Assembly: GCA_011364975.1 (NCBI GenBank)
Contig: RDOE01000032.1
Coordinates: forward strand, 1-37,137
Direction: 5' to 3'
Origin: Promethearchaeota archaeon
GTDB lineage: Archaea; Asgardarchaeota; Lokiarchaeia; Sigyniarchaeales; SOKP01
DNA length: 37,137 nt
Both the position numbers and the translations under genes were made by a program. The number at the start of each line of letters is the position of its first letter. Within the stretch, counting starts at the first letter, position 1. Of this stretch, positions 18,743-27,120 are shown one piece after another. The notes under the pieces were generated by a model that searched no databases, was not told where the DNA came from, and saw only the letters and a program-made list of their open reading frames with translations.

Positions 18743-19333
18743 TCAAATTTTTCTACATACTAATTCCCCTTTTCCAATGGGTATGATCAACGCATCTACT
18801 CGCTCATCAGCTAAAGCCTTTTCCAACATTGGTTTTAAGGTTTCATAATGGTTAATTGCATTATCAGCAACTAAAATACCACCTTTGATCATATTTGGGA
18901 CTAATAGATCATAACATTCACTATAGATTTCTTTTTCAGCATCTAAGAAGCAAAAAGATATGTTGTTATAATTATGAATGTATTTTAGAGCATTACCCTC
19001 AATCAATTCGATTGTATCTTTTGTATTTGTTAGTTCAAAGGTCTCTCTTGCTAGTCTTGCTTTATCTTTTAAAATTTCAAAAGTTATTAGTTTCCTCCCT
19101 TGAAGTCGGCATGCTAATGCTATCCATAAAGCAGAATAGCCACCACTTGTACCAATCTCTAGGAATTCTCCATCTGGCGCACTAGCAGCCAAAATTGATA
19201 TAAATTTTCCAGTATCAGGGGGTATTTGACGTAATCTTTCCATTCTATGGGTTCCATCCAACCTATCTTTCTGATCCAAATTTTCTAAATATTGCATTCG
19301 CTTCTTAATAGATTCTTCTATATCATGAAACAT
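18743..19333 (-). CDS. SAM-dependent O-methyltransferase (COMT/CCoAOMT-like)
   Basis: [10 protein letters not shown] (SAM motif I), FLDAEK and GGILVADN. Confidence 0.9.
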   Translation of the reverse strand: MFHDIEESIKKRMQYLENLDQKDRLDGTHRMERLRQIPPDTGKFISILAASAPDGEFLEIGTSGGYSALWIALACRLQGRKLITFEILKDKARLARETFELTNTKDTIELIEGNALKYIHNYNNISFCFLDAEKEIYSECYDLLVPNMIKGGILVADNAINHYETLKPMLEKALADERVDALIIPIGKGELVCRKI

Positions 19334-19461
19334 TTTCTATCAACTTTTATTATTAATTTTTTATCTATTAATTTATTTGTCAAACAAATTAAAATTAGTT
19401 AAATTAACAGATTTGAAATCATAATAATTTAGGAGAATTAAGTAGAAATAAGGTTAAAAGG

Positions 19462-19727
19462 ATCAAGAAGATGCAATGATTACCCGAAGGTTTTCATTGC
19501 GCGTATTGGCGTTTCATACTAGAAGTGTGAAATTTTATGATATATCAATTCAATTTTTTTAATAGATCCGAAAATCTATCATCAAAATCTACATTCGGAA
19601 ATGTTGTATTTCTTTACAGAAACATGAATTTGTTACCAAATTCCTTTACCCAAAGGTAATTGAACTGGTAAAGATATATCACGGTTCCAATACTACTTCT
19701 CGATGTTCACACCGTTAGGTATGAACA
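19462..19727 (-). ncRNA. Predicted large multi-branched structured RNA of unknown family
   Basis: Long-range stems: 19696-19704/19462-19470, 19687-19693/19503-19509, 19673-19681/19538-19546 and 19658-19664/19549-19555. Hairpin loops on the minus strand: UAAC (19705-19726), UUUG (19646-19659), GUAA (19626-19643), GUAA (19609-19622), UCCG (19591-19604), UUCG (19562-19579) and cUUCGg (19473-19500). Confidence 0.75.
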
Positions 19728-19743
19728 ATATATAATCTGAATC

Positions 19744-19756
19744 TTTTATATTTAAA
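19744..19756 (-). promoter_or_regulatory. TATA box for the structured RNA
   Basis: Minus strand TTTAAATA(TAAAA) at 19756-19744, with the TTTAAATA core about 22-29 nt upstream of the first hairpin. Confidence 0.5.
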
Positions 19757-19883
19757 GAAGACTATTAATGGATTATTAAATGCTTTTTGTGGCATATATT
19801 AATCATTCAATTTTTTTAGTCGTTATTGAGCTATAGGTAGATTGAATAAATAGCTTTTTTATTCTTTATTTATTTTACTTTAT

Positions 19884-20345
19884 ATGGCAATCTCATTTTT
19901 TGATGGAATGTTCCTTTTTATAGCTATTCTTTTGAATCTATTGATAATTTTCATTTTTATCATGAGATATCGGGGTTCAGAAGGATTAGAACACAAAATC
20001 GGATATTTTGTCATTGCATGCGCCTTCCCATTAGTTATAATTCTAATCAATTACATTTGGATTGGTATAGATTTATGGATTATTATTTATCTCATTATTA
20101 TTATTAATTTCTTAATTCTTGAAGCGATCTTAGATTACATCTTAAAAATAAAGTTCCGAAAAAATCCAAAAATTGTAGGTCCTTACATCTTGTTCTATTA
20201 TGTCGCGTTTTGGGGGTTGCTAGCAATCTCATTTGTTATTGATTTGGTGATTGGGTTTATTGTATTTGGTATTTTTATGATTAGTGTGGGTGTTACTATA
20301 TACACTCATAAAAAGGAAAAAGATAAAATGTTTAAAAAACAGTGA
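19884..20345 (+). CDS. Hypothetical membrane protein (about 5 TM segments)
   Basis: 153 aa, almost entirely hydrophobic segments with a basic C-terminal tail. Confidence 0.75.
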   Translation: MAISFFDGMFLFIAILLNLLIIFIFIMRYRGSEGLEHKIGYFVIACAFPLVIILINYIWIGIDLWIIIYLIIIINFLILEAILDYILKIKFRKNPKIVGPYILFYYVAFWGLLAISFVIDLVIGFIVFGIFMISVGVTIYTHKKEKDKMFKKQ

Positions 20346-20346
20346 A

Positions 20347-22761
20347 TTAGTCATTCTCTAAAAAACTAACTAAAGGTTTTTGAACAAATTTCCTACTATC
20401 CTCGGATTTCAATAAGTCCTCAAGTTCAGGAAATTGAAAAGGAAAGAGATTTTCAAAAGCTCTCTTGAGCAACTCAACATATTTCTTTTTATCATATTGA
20501 TGCCGTTTTTCATCATAGAGCTCTGTAAGAACTACCTTCTTTTCTGGAAAATCTGGATCAGCATCAGCATTAAGGATTATATACCTTACATTCTTCCCAG
20601 GGGAAGCAATTTCTCCTGAACGCTCCAACTGTTTAGCAGCAACAGCTTGATATGAGTTTACCTTGTAATTTGAGGGTTTTCTGGAAATTCTCTGACGTAT
20701 AGTAAGTTCTTCACGTGAAATCTTCCCGGATTCAATTTTATTGATATAATGAACAAATAGATTCTTTGCTTTAGGAATTAGCTGCATAAATTCCTTGGTG
20801 GTAGTTGCTCCTTTAAACACGTCAATAAGAGCATACTGAGCTTCTTTGACAACTTTAGGAATATCTCTACGCCTAACTTCAATACCTCTTACTTTAATTT
20901 CACCTTCACTTTTTATCCCCCAGTAGTGACTTAACGTAGGAATATCTGGTTCTGCTCTTGAAGGAAGAAATACAATAATATTGAAACGCCCATCCCAGCT
21001 CATGGGAATGTTGGTATGCTCAGTTATTTCATTAGCAATTTTTTTAGTAATAATATCGAACTCTTCAGGAGCCCTATTTTCTGTATCCTTTAACCATATT
21101 GAATCCACAATCCCATGTATGATCTTACAGCCATACTTTTGCGCAATTTCGGCAGAACGCATTAAAAATTCACGTGCAAAAGCACATACTGTTTGATGTG
21201 CTTCAATTTTCCCAAAACGTGCGTTTCTAAATCCTAAATACCCAAAACTTACCACAAGTACCCATTTTAGCGCAATGTCTGTAAATTTATAGCGAATTTC
21301 TCCAGTTTTCCTAACATGTTCCTTACAAAGTAATCGTTTTGTAAGGGGCAGCTTAATTGATTTAGAAATGATACCTTCCCGTTTAGAACAAATATGGAAA
21401 TCCAGTCCAGGTACCTTTATTCCGGTACCATCGCCTTTACAACATTTGCAATTAATTGTTTCTGAAGAAATATTATAATTAGCCATTAAAGAGGGATACA
21501 TTGAAGAAAAGTCTAACTCAACTACTTGATCATAGACACCAATTAACGGTTCGAATATGTGTCCCCCTCTATCACTCCTAATCAAATCGAACCCACTATT
21601 AAAACCTTCAGGACTTTTCTTGAATGGAGGAATTAGATGATCAAGTTTGTACGCATAATAATACTGTATAGATTGAAGTGCTCCGCCAATCGTTATGCGA
21701 CTTAGTCTTTGGAGGGGAACTCTCGAGATTCGTGCAACTTCTATTACTCCAGGAATATTCCCTTCAGAGAAATGAAGACTCGCATATGTGGCAGTATCAA
21801 GATGAAAACGGCCACTCAAATATACTTGCGTTTTTGAACGATGCCTAATAATGCCATAAGACATATAATGATCTGAGTTTCCAGAGAGCTCAAAAATGCA
21901 GCTTTTCAAGGGTGTTTTGTCTCGAGAAAGATAGAGTTCATTCAAAACACGGTTTTCTGAAGCGCGTGCTACCAAAAAAGGAAGAGAAAAATCATCTCCA
22001 TTAGATGTAAGAATTATATCAGGATCTAGGCGTTCAATTACCTTACTAATTGCCTTTATCGTTTCTGCTTCATTAGCTCTGTCAATCAGAATTCGCTTCT
22101 TCTTATATCCGTCAGCGCGAGGAACATTGTTCTCATCATTTTCTACAACACCCACTTCTGCATAAATCAGCGTGTCGTTATAGTAGGGTCTTATGCCTCG
22201 TTGGTGAACTTTAATATCTAGCCACACAGCTTTTAAAGGAGGGAGTTCATAGAAAAGTTTTTCATTATCATCTTTTAGATCTAATGAGATAAGGCGGATA
22301 ATTGACTTCTTTTTCTTCCTATCTTTTTGAATTTTTACTTTGAACTGACAAAGTGAGATAGGAAATAAATCATGTACATAAAAATACATCTGAGCGATAG
22401 GAAGATCGGTGTTATATAATGTAAAAAGCCCGAGTTCTTCGACTTCATGTATTGTTTTCTTAAACTCCGAAGGTTTTGTGACTGAAACACCTAGAATTCG
22501 CGTTTTCTTATGATCCTCTAACTTCACATATTTCTCGCAGATTCTTATGGATTTTACATTATCATTCTGCATAAGGATAGTCTTTAACCTCCTAAGATCA
22601 TTACCCGCATTCTTAGTTGGTACGGCAAAAAACTCTGGGTAATAATCATGAAAAATCCGTATAACTTTCTGTTCTTTTACTGTTTTTACCCACAGAATCA
22701 CACCATCACTATATGTAGAAACATCCAAAAGCCAACCTTTAAAGCTTCTTTGTATAGCCAA
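20347..22761 (-). CDS. polB2: Family B DNA polymerase, archaeal PolB2 (Dpo2) group
   Basis: Motif A LDFSSMYPS, motif B ALKWVLVVSFGYLG, and motif C altered to HGIVDS (canonical YGDTDS). Exonuclease motifs are degenerate (LDIKV; NGDDFSLPF). Confidence 0.9.
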   Translation of the reverse strand: MAIQRSFKGWLLDVSTYSDGVILWVKTVKEQKVIRIFHDYYPEFFAVPTKNAGNDLRRLKTILMQNDNVKSIRICEKYVKLEDHKKTRILGVSVTKPSEFKKTIHEVEELGLFTLYNTDLPIAQMYFYVHDLFPISLCQFKVKIQKDRKKKKSIIRLISLDLKDDNEKLFYELPPLKAVWLDIKVHQRGIRPYYNDTLIYAEVGVVENDENNVPRADGYKKKRILIDRANEAETIKAISKVIERLDPDIILTSNGDDFSLPFLVARASENRVLNELYLSRDKTPLKSCIFELSGNSDHYMSYGIIRHRSKTQVYLSGRFHLDTATYASLHFSEGNIPGVIEVARISRVPLQRLSRITIGGALQSIQYYYAYKLDHLIPPFKKSPEGFNSGFDLIRSDRGGHIFEPLIGVYDQVVELDFSSMYPSLMANYNISSETINCKCCKGDGTGIKVPGLDFHICSKREGIISKSIKLPLTKRLLCKEHVRKTGEIRYKFTDIALKWVLVVSFGYLGFRNARFGKIEAHQTVCAFAREFLMRSAEIAQKYGCKIIHGIVDSIWLKDTENRAPEEFDIITKKIANEITEHTNIPMSWDGRFNIIVFLPSRAEPDIPTLSHYWGIKSEGEIKVRGIEVRRRDIPKVVKEAQYALIDVFKGATTTKEFMQLIPKAKNLFVHYINKIESGKISREELTIRQRISRKPSNYKVNSYQAVAAKQLERSGEIASPGKNVRYIILNADADPDFPEKKVVLTELYDEKRHQYDKKKYVELLKRAFENLFPFQFPELEDLLKSEDSRKFVQKPLVSFLEND

Positions 22762-22764
22762 TTT

Positions 22765-23037
22765 TCACTCTTTTCCTTTTATTAGTTCTTCTAATTCGTG
22801 AATTCGATGCAATAATAGCTCGATTCTTTTTTCTTGTTCAATTGCGAACGAAATGAAAAGATGCTCTGAAAGCATGGGACGTGCCGCTAGGCTTCCAGCA
22901 TCAGCATGAATTCTTGCAAAGTTCATTAACTTATCAAAAACTTTTTGTTCCTCTGGTCTAAGCGCTCTTTTAAAGTCTTTCCAGCTTTCTATTTCATGCT
23001 CTAGAGCCGGTCTAAATGAAGGAACTGTTCTACCCAT
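22765..23037 (-). CDS. PolB2-associated small helical protein (arCOG07300-like)
   Basis: MGRTVPSFR..LE.E...W..F.RALR.E....FD.L...AR.H..A, located 3 nt upstream of polB2, matching the known PolB2 neighbourhood. Start revised to ATG 23037. Confidence 0.8.
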   Translation of the reverse strand: MGRTVPSFRPALEHEIESWKDFKRALRPEEQKVFDKLMNFARIHADAGSLAARPMLSEHLFISFAIEQEKRIELLLHRIHELEELIKGKE

Positions 23038-23241
23038 GATTATAACCAAAAATGATAATTGTTGCTAAAATTTAAAAAAAAATACTTTGAGAGTTTTTTA
23101 ATTTACTGCCGAAATGCCTTTATAGAAAGATTTTAGCTAAACGAGAATATTATCATAAAGAACATTGAAAGCCAATAACTTTATTAATCAATCTGCGTCA
23201 TTAATTGATATTAGAATTAGTCAATCGAGGGGATTATAGGA

Positions 23242-25608
23242 ATGAAACGAGTGAATATAACGCTTAATGATTTGTTGCCCAAAGGAGAACAATTAACTTT
23301 TTTAGTAGGTGCGGGGTGTTCCGTGGATGCCCCATCGTGTCTCCCGGCTGGTCGTCCTATGATGAACGCAATCATTAATCATGTGACAGCAGAATCAGAG
23401 CATGAGAAACTTGCGAAATTGCAGGAAATCCGTTTTGAATCATTGGTCGAGATCGTACGGGATAATCTCGATCCCGAGCTAAAAATTATTGATTATTATA
23501 CTCAATGTGATAAACCAAATCTCCAGCATTTCTTCTTAGCGAGTATGATTGAACGTGGGCATTTTGTCATGACTACAAATTTTGATCTATTAATTGAGCA
23601 TGCAATGTTACAATTAGGGATACCAATAGAACAAATAAAAGTTGCAATTACAAAAAAAGATTTTGAGAAACTTAATGACCCTGAAAAGCTTTGTGCTGAT
23701 GGATTCAAGACTCTTTACAAAATTCACGGGTCTACAGAAAACGTTTTAACCAAAGAATCAACTAGAGAAAGCTTGATTGCAACTATTCAAGCATTTGGTT
23801 CGAACAAGCAAGGATTAAGTGTGTTTCAAGTTGAGCCTTTTAAACGCACCCTATTCGATAATATATCTCGTGGGCGTTCTTTAGTCGTCATGGGATACTC
23901 TGGGAGTGATGATTTTGATGTGGTTCCCACTCTCAAGGTTCTTCATGAAATGAAGTCGGTGATATGGATAGATCATAGATTTGAAATAACCAATATACCA
24001 AATATATACGAAATCGAGATTCCGAAAAAAGTGGACAGTAAAAATGGGAGTAAGGTGGATCAAATTCTATTAGATATTAAACTCGCATCAAATATTCCTC
24101 ATGTTTATAAGGTTGAGATAAATACTTCTAGTTTTTCGGAATTTTTCCTCTCAAGAGAGATCTCTCTTTCAAACGAGAACTTTAAATTAAGCCTTCAATC
24201 TTGGTTGAGCGAAAATGTTAAGGTGGAAAATGAAGCAATGAAATATATAATTCCCCAACAACTATATCATGACTATAATCGCTATGAGGATTCATTACGA
24301 TGCATTGAAGACCTTTTGAAGCTCGCTCGCAAACAAATGGATCCTGTTTTAGAAATTCGAGCATTGCTTCTGAAGGGAAAAGTTCTTGATTCTGCAGGGA
24401 ATCACAATGATGCTATAAAAATCTTTCAGGACGCTCTCAAACAGGCAAAATCATTACAAAATGAGGAATGGTTAGCCGCATCTTTAAATAACATCGGAAA
24501 TGTGTATAACAGTAGAGCTAAATATGAAGAAGCGCTATCCTATTACAAGCAAGCACTCCCTATTTTCCAAACGAGGGGGAGCCTTTATGAAGAAGGTATC
24601 GTGATGCGAAATATGAGCTCAATTCTCAAAAATTTGAATCGAAACTCGGAAGCTTTGGAACATGCAAGAAGAGCATTGGAAATTTCAGAAGTGTTTGGAA
24701 AATTATCAGATAAAGGAGATATTTTAATGATAATTGGCATGATCGAGACCAGCATGGGAAATGTACAAGATGCAATCACGCATTATGAAGAATCCCTAAG
24801 AATAAACGATCAACTACATGATTACGATGCAAAAGTAGGCGTTTTGAATGTATTAGGTGATTTAATGATGAAACTAGGAGATTTTAACCGTGCTCTGACA
24901 TACTTTCAAGATTCATTACAAGTATCTGAAAGTATTAATGATCTTTCTGGAAAAGCATCAACTTTAAACAATCTGGGAAGACTTTACACAATTTTATCTG
25001 ATTTTTCACTAGCAATGAATTACCTGACTCTTGCAAGGAATTTAGCAAATGAAATTCAAGATAGTCTTATTGAAGCAAATAGTTCTTCCAATATGGGACT
25101 TGTATACTATTATCAAAGTGAAATGGATGAAGCATTAAAAATTTGGGAAAACACTTTAAAGATTTACGAAGCGAAAAAATTTGAGCTTGGAAAGGCAACT
25201 ACTCTCATTAATATCGGAGATGTCTATTATCAAAAACAGAAATATAAAAAGGCTTCTCAGGCTCTCGAAGAAGCATTAAGAATTGGTAAGGAATCAAACG
25301 ATATGGGTATTCAAGCCAATTCATTACAGAAATTAGGTATGATTTTGCAGGATGAAAAACAGTATGATAATGCAGCTTCTCTTTATCACAAGGGGTTAGC
25401 AATCTGCCAGCAAATAGGGGATATTGTAGGAATTGCTACATTCATAAATAACCTTGGTGCTATAGACTTTTCTCGTGAAAAATATGACGTTGCTCTTCAA
25501 AAATACAATGAAGCTTATAATCTTCTAAATCAAGTAGGATTGGGAGAAAGTCCATTAGCTTATACCATCTTAAGAAACATTGATCATCTAAATCAGCTTT
25601 CAAAATAA
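23242..25608 (+). CDS. SIR2-like (SIR2_2) domain fused to a long TPR array
   Basis: N-terminal ~250 aa carry FLVGAGCS, TTNFD, KIHGS and VMGYSGSD. The C-terminal half has ~40-aa TPR repeats (e.g. LNNIGNVY...YEEALSYYKQAL). Confidence 0.88.
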   Translation: MKRVNITLNDLLPKGEQLTFLVGAGCSVDAPSCLPAGRPMMNAIINHVTAESEHEKLAKLQEIRFESLVEIVRDNLDPELKIIDYYTQCDKPNLQHFFLASMIERGHFVMTTNFDLLIEHAMLQLGIPIEQIKVAITKKDFEKLNDPEKLCADGFKTLYKIHGSTENVLTKESTRESLIATIQAFGSNKQGLSVFQVEPFKRTLFDNISRGRSLVVMGYSGSDDFDVVPTLKVLHEMKSVIWIDHRFEITNIPNIYEIEIPKKVDSKNGSKVDQILLDIKLASNIPHVYKVEINTSSFSEFFLSREISLSNENFKLSLQSWLSENVKVENEAMKYIIPQQLYHDYNRYEDSLRCIEDLLKLARKQMDPVLEIRALLLKGKVLDSAGNHNDAIKIFQDALKQAKSLQNEEWLAASLNNIGNVYNSRAKYEEALSYYKQALPIFQTRGSLYEEGIVMRNMSSILKNLNRNSEALEHARRALEISEVFGKLSDKGDILMIIGMIETSMGNVQDAITHYEESLRINDQLHDYDAKVGVLNVLGDLMMKLGDFNRALTYFQDSLQVSESINDLSGKASTLNNLGRLYTILSDFSLAMNYLTLARNLANEIQDSLIEANSSSNMGLVYYYQSEMDEALKIWENTLKIYEAKKFELGKATTLINIGDVYYQKQKYKKASQALEEALRIGKESNDMGIQANSLQKLGMILQDEKQYDNAASLYHKGLAICQQIGDIVGIATFINNLGAIDFSREKYDVALQKYNEAYNLLNQVGLGESPLAYTILRNIDHLNQLSK

Positions 25609-25640
25609 TTAATTCAAATTAACAAAAATTTTTATTTGCT

Positions 25641-26075
25641 ATGATTAATAGGTATTGTTATATGAGTATATATCTAAAGGATCACGCTCCATGTGGAATA
25701 TATTGCAAACGATGTCCCGGTGTTGAAACTTTTAACTGTCCGGGATGTAGAGAAAAAAAGGGACAAATACTAAAATTTCCTGTTTGTAAGACCTATGAAT
25801 GTGTAATGAAGAGAGGATATACATTTTGCTATGAATGCAAAGATTTTCCTTGTGAGAAATTGCAGCCAATAGTTAATTTCGAGATATTCCAGCCTCATAA
25901 TTCAAAGGTTTATAACCTAGTTATGATAAAGAAGCATGGTATTGCAAAATGGAATGAAATGTGCGAAGAAGTATCAGATTTATACTATAAAGGCCGTAAG
26001 GTTCGATATGGTGGAGACCCTTTGACTTTAGAGGAAAAAGATCCAAATATGTATAAAAAGAAGGAAAAAGACTAA
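25641..26075 (+). CDS. DUF3795-family Cys-rich protein
   Basis: APCGIYCKRCP..CPGCR..CKTYEC..CYECKDFPC. The start is probably ATG 25662. Confidence 0.85.
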   Translation: MINRYCYMSIYLKDHAPCGIYCKRCPGVETFNCPGCREKKGQILKFPVCKTYECVMKRGYTFCYECKDFPCEKLQPIVNFEIFQPHNSKVYNLVMIKKHGIAKWNEMCEEVSDLYYKGRKVRYGGDPLTLEEKDPNMYKKKEKD

Positions 26076-26827
26076 AAGAAACAATCTAAAGTCATATTTT
26101 TTGTGGAATTTGATAAGTTTTTTTTCGAAGTTTGTGGTTTCCATTTTAGCAAACGCTTTTCCGGTAAGAAGGGATGCTGTATAAGCTGATACTCAATATT
26201 ACGCTCATTTTCATTGATTAGTATGAGGACACTTCCAAAGTGGGAGAGTATTTTTCCTCCTTTTGGCCTGTAGAGCGAAAATTCATTTAATGGCGCAGTA
26301 AGGATAATGAGGGGTTTAGTGTTAGAAAGAATTGTTTTGATGCCGTGGATTGCTTTTAATAGGTCCTCGAAGGTTTGTTTTTCATAGGTCTGAAAAAGGG
26401 TCGTAATTCCAGAGATTAAAACCACCTTAACATGGTCGAGTTTGGCTAATCTATTCTCTAAAAGCTCCACCATTTGATCCCAAGTGAATGCGCGAGCAAT
26501 AAGAATATTTTCTAATACTTGCCGTGGAGATAAACGAAGAGACACAGCAAATTTGCTAACATTATATGGGTTGAAGCGGTTGTTTCCATCAATGAAGGCA
26601 ATCTTAATACCTTCCCCAAGTCCTCCATTAACGAATGCTTTCTGTGCGATTACTGCCGTTGATAATAAAATGTTTGTAGTTCGGTTTTTATCGCCATAAA
26701 GGAGATATATCAAATCTTTATGAAATCCTTCTCCTCCCAGTAACTCATCTAGCGTCGAATCTCCGCTTGAAACCATTGGAATTCGACTATTTTTTCTGTA
26801 AACTCTAAACCCAGAATTGAATGGCAT
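26072..26827 (-). CDS. RadA/RecA-like protein with degenerate Walker A (likely inactive ATPase)
   Basis: RadA-type segments SSGDSTLDELLGG, FIDGNNRFNP and LENILIARAFT are present, but the P-loop reads LLYGDKNRTT rather than GxxGxGKT. Confidence 0.85.
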   Translation of the reverse strand: MPFNSGFRVYRKNSRIPMVSSGDSTLDELLGGEGFHKDLIYLLYGDKNRTTNILLSTAVIAQKAFVNGGLGEGIKIAFIDGNNRFNPYNVSKFAVSLRLSPRQVLENILIARAFTWDQMVELLENRLAKLDHVKVVLISGITTLFQTYEKQTFEDLLKAIHGIKTILSNTKPLIILTAPLNEFSLYRPKGGKILSHFGSVLILINENERNIEYQLIQHPFLPEKRLLKWKPQTSKKNLSNSTKNMTLDCFF

Positions 26828-26933
26828 ATTAGAGGATTTGATTCCTTAAAATAAAGTGTAGTTACCCCGACAATTTTCTAGACTTTGCTCTTTATATAGT
26901 AAAGATTAACAAAAAAAGTTAGATATTAGAAAG

Positions 26934-26957
26934 AATCTTACATTTAAATGTAAGATT
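26934..26957. promoter_or_regulatory. Perfect 24-bp palindrome, putative operator
   Basis: AATCTTACATTTAAATGTAAGATT lies in the divergent region between the RadA-like and MBL genes. Confidence 0.55.
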
Positions 26958-27120
26958 GTTTTATGGAGACGGAGAGAGGTCACTGGAAGTAGAAGAAAGG
27001 TTAAAATATATTGAATTTCTTAATTTCTGATGAAACCTAAACAGATATTTTATATAAAATTTTTATAACCTATAAGATATTAACTAAATAAAGCTATTAA
27101 TATAAGGTCTAAGGAGAAAT

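Noticed and set aside
19462-19727. Identification of this RNA as RNase P, SRP, SAM-I riboswitch, hammerhead, C/D box RNA or SECIS
   Set aside because: It has no GAGGAAAGU P4 and no SRP helix-8 motif. The AUCGAG resemblance to SAM-I is not followed by the rest of the core, and UUGAUGA lacks a matching GAAA or D box. No selenoprotein candidate lies nearby.
23050-23241. Sulfolobus-type DNA-damage-responsive element (ANTTTC) upstream of the PolB2 operon
   Set aside because: No convincing, correctly positioned match, and a 6-mer is uninformative in such AT-rich DNA.
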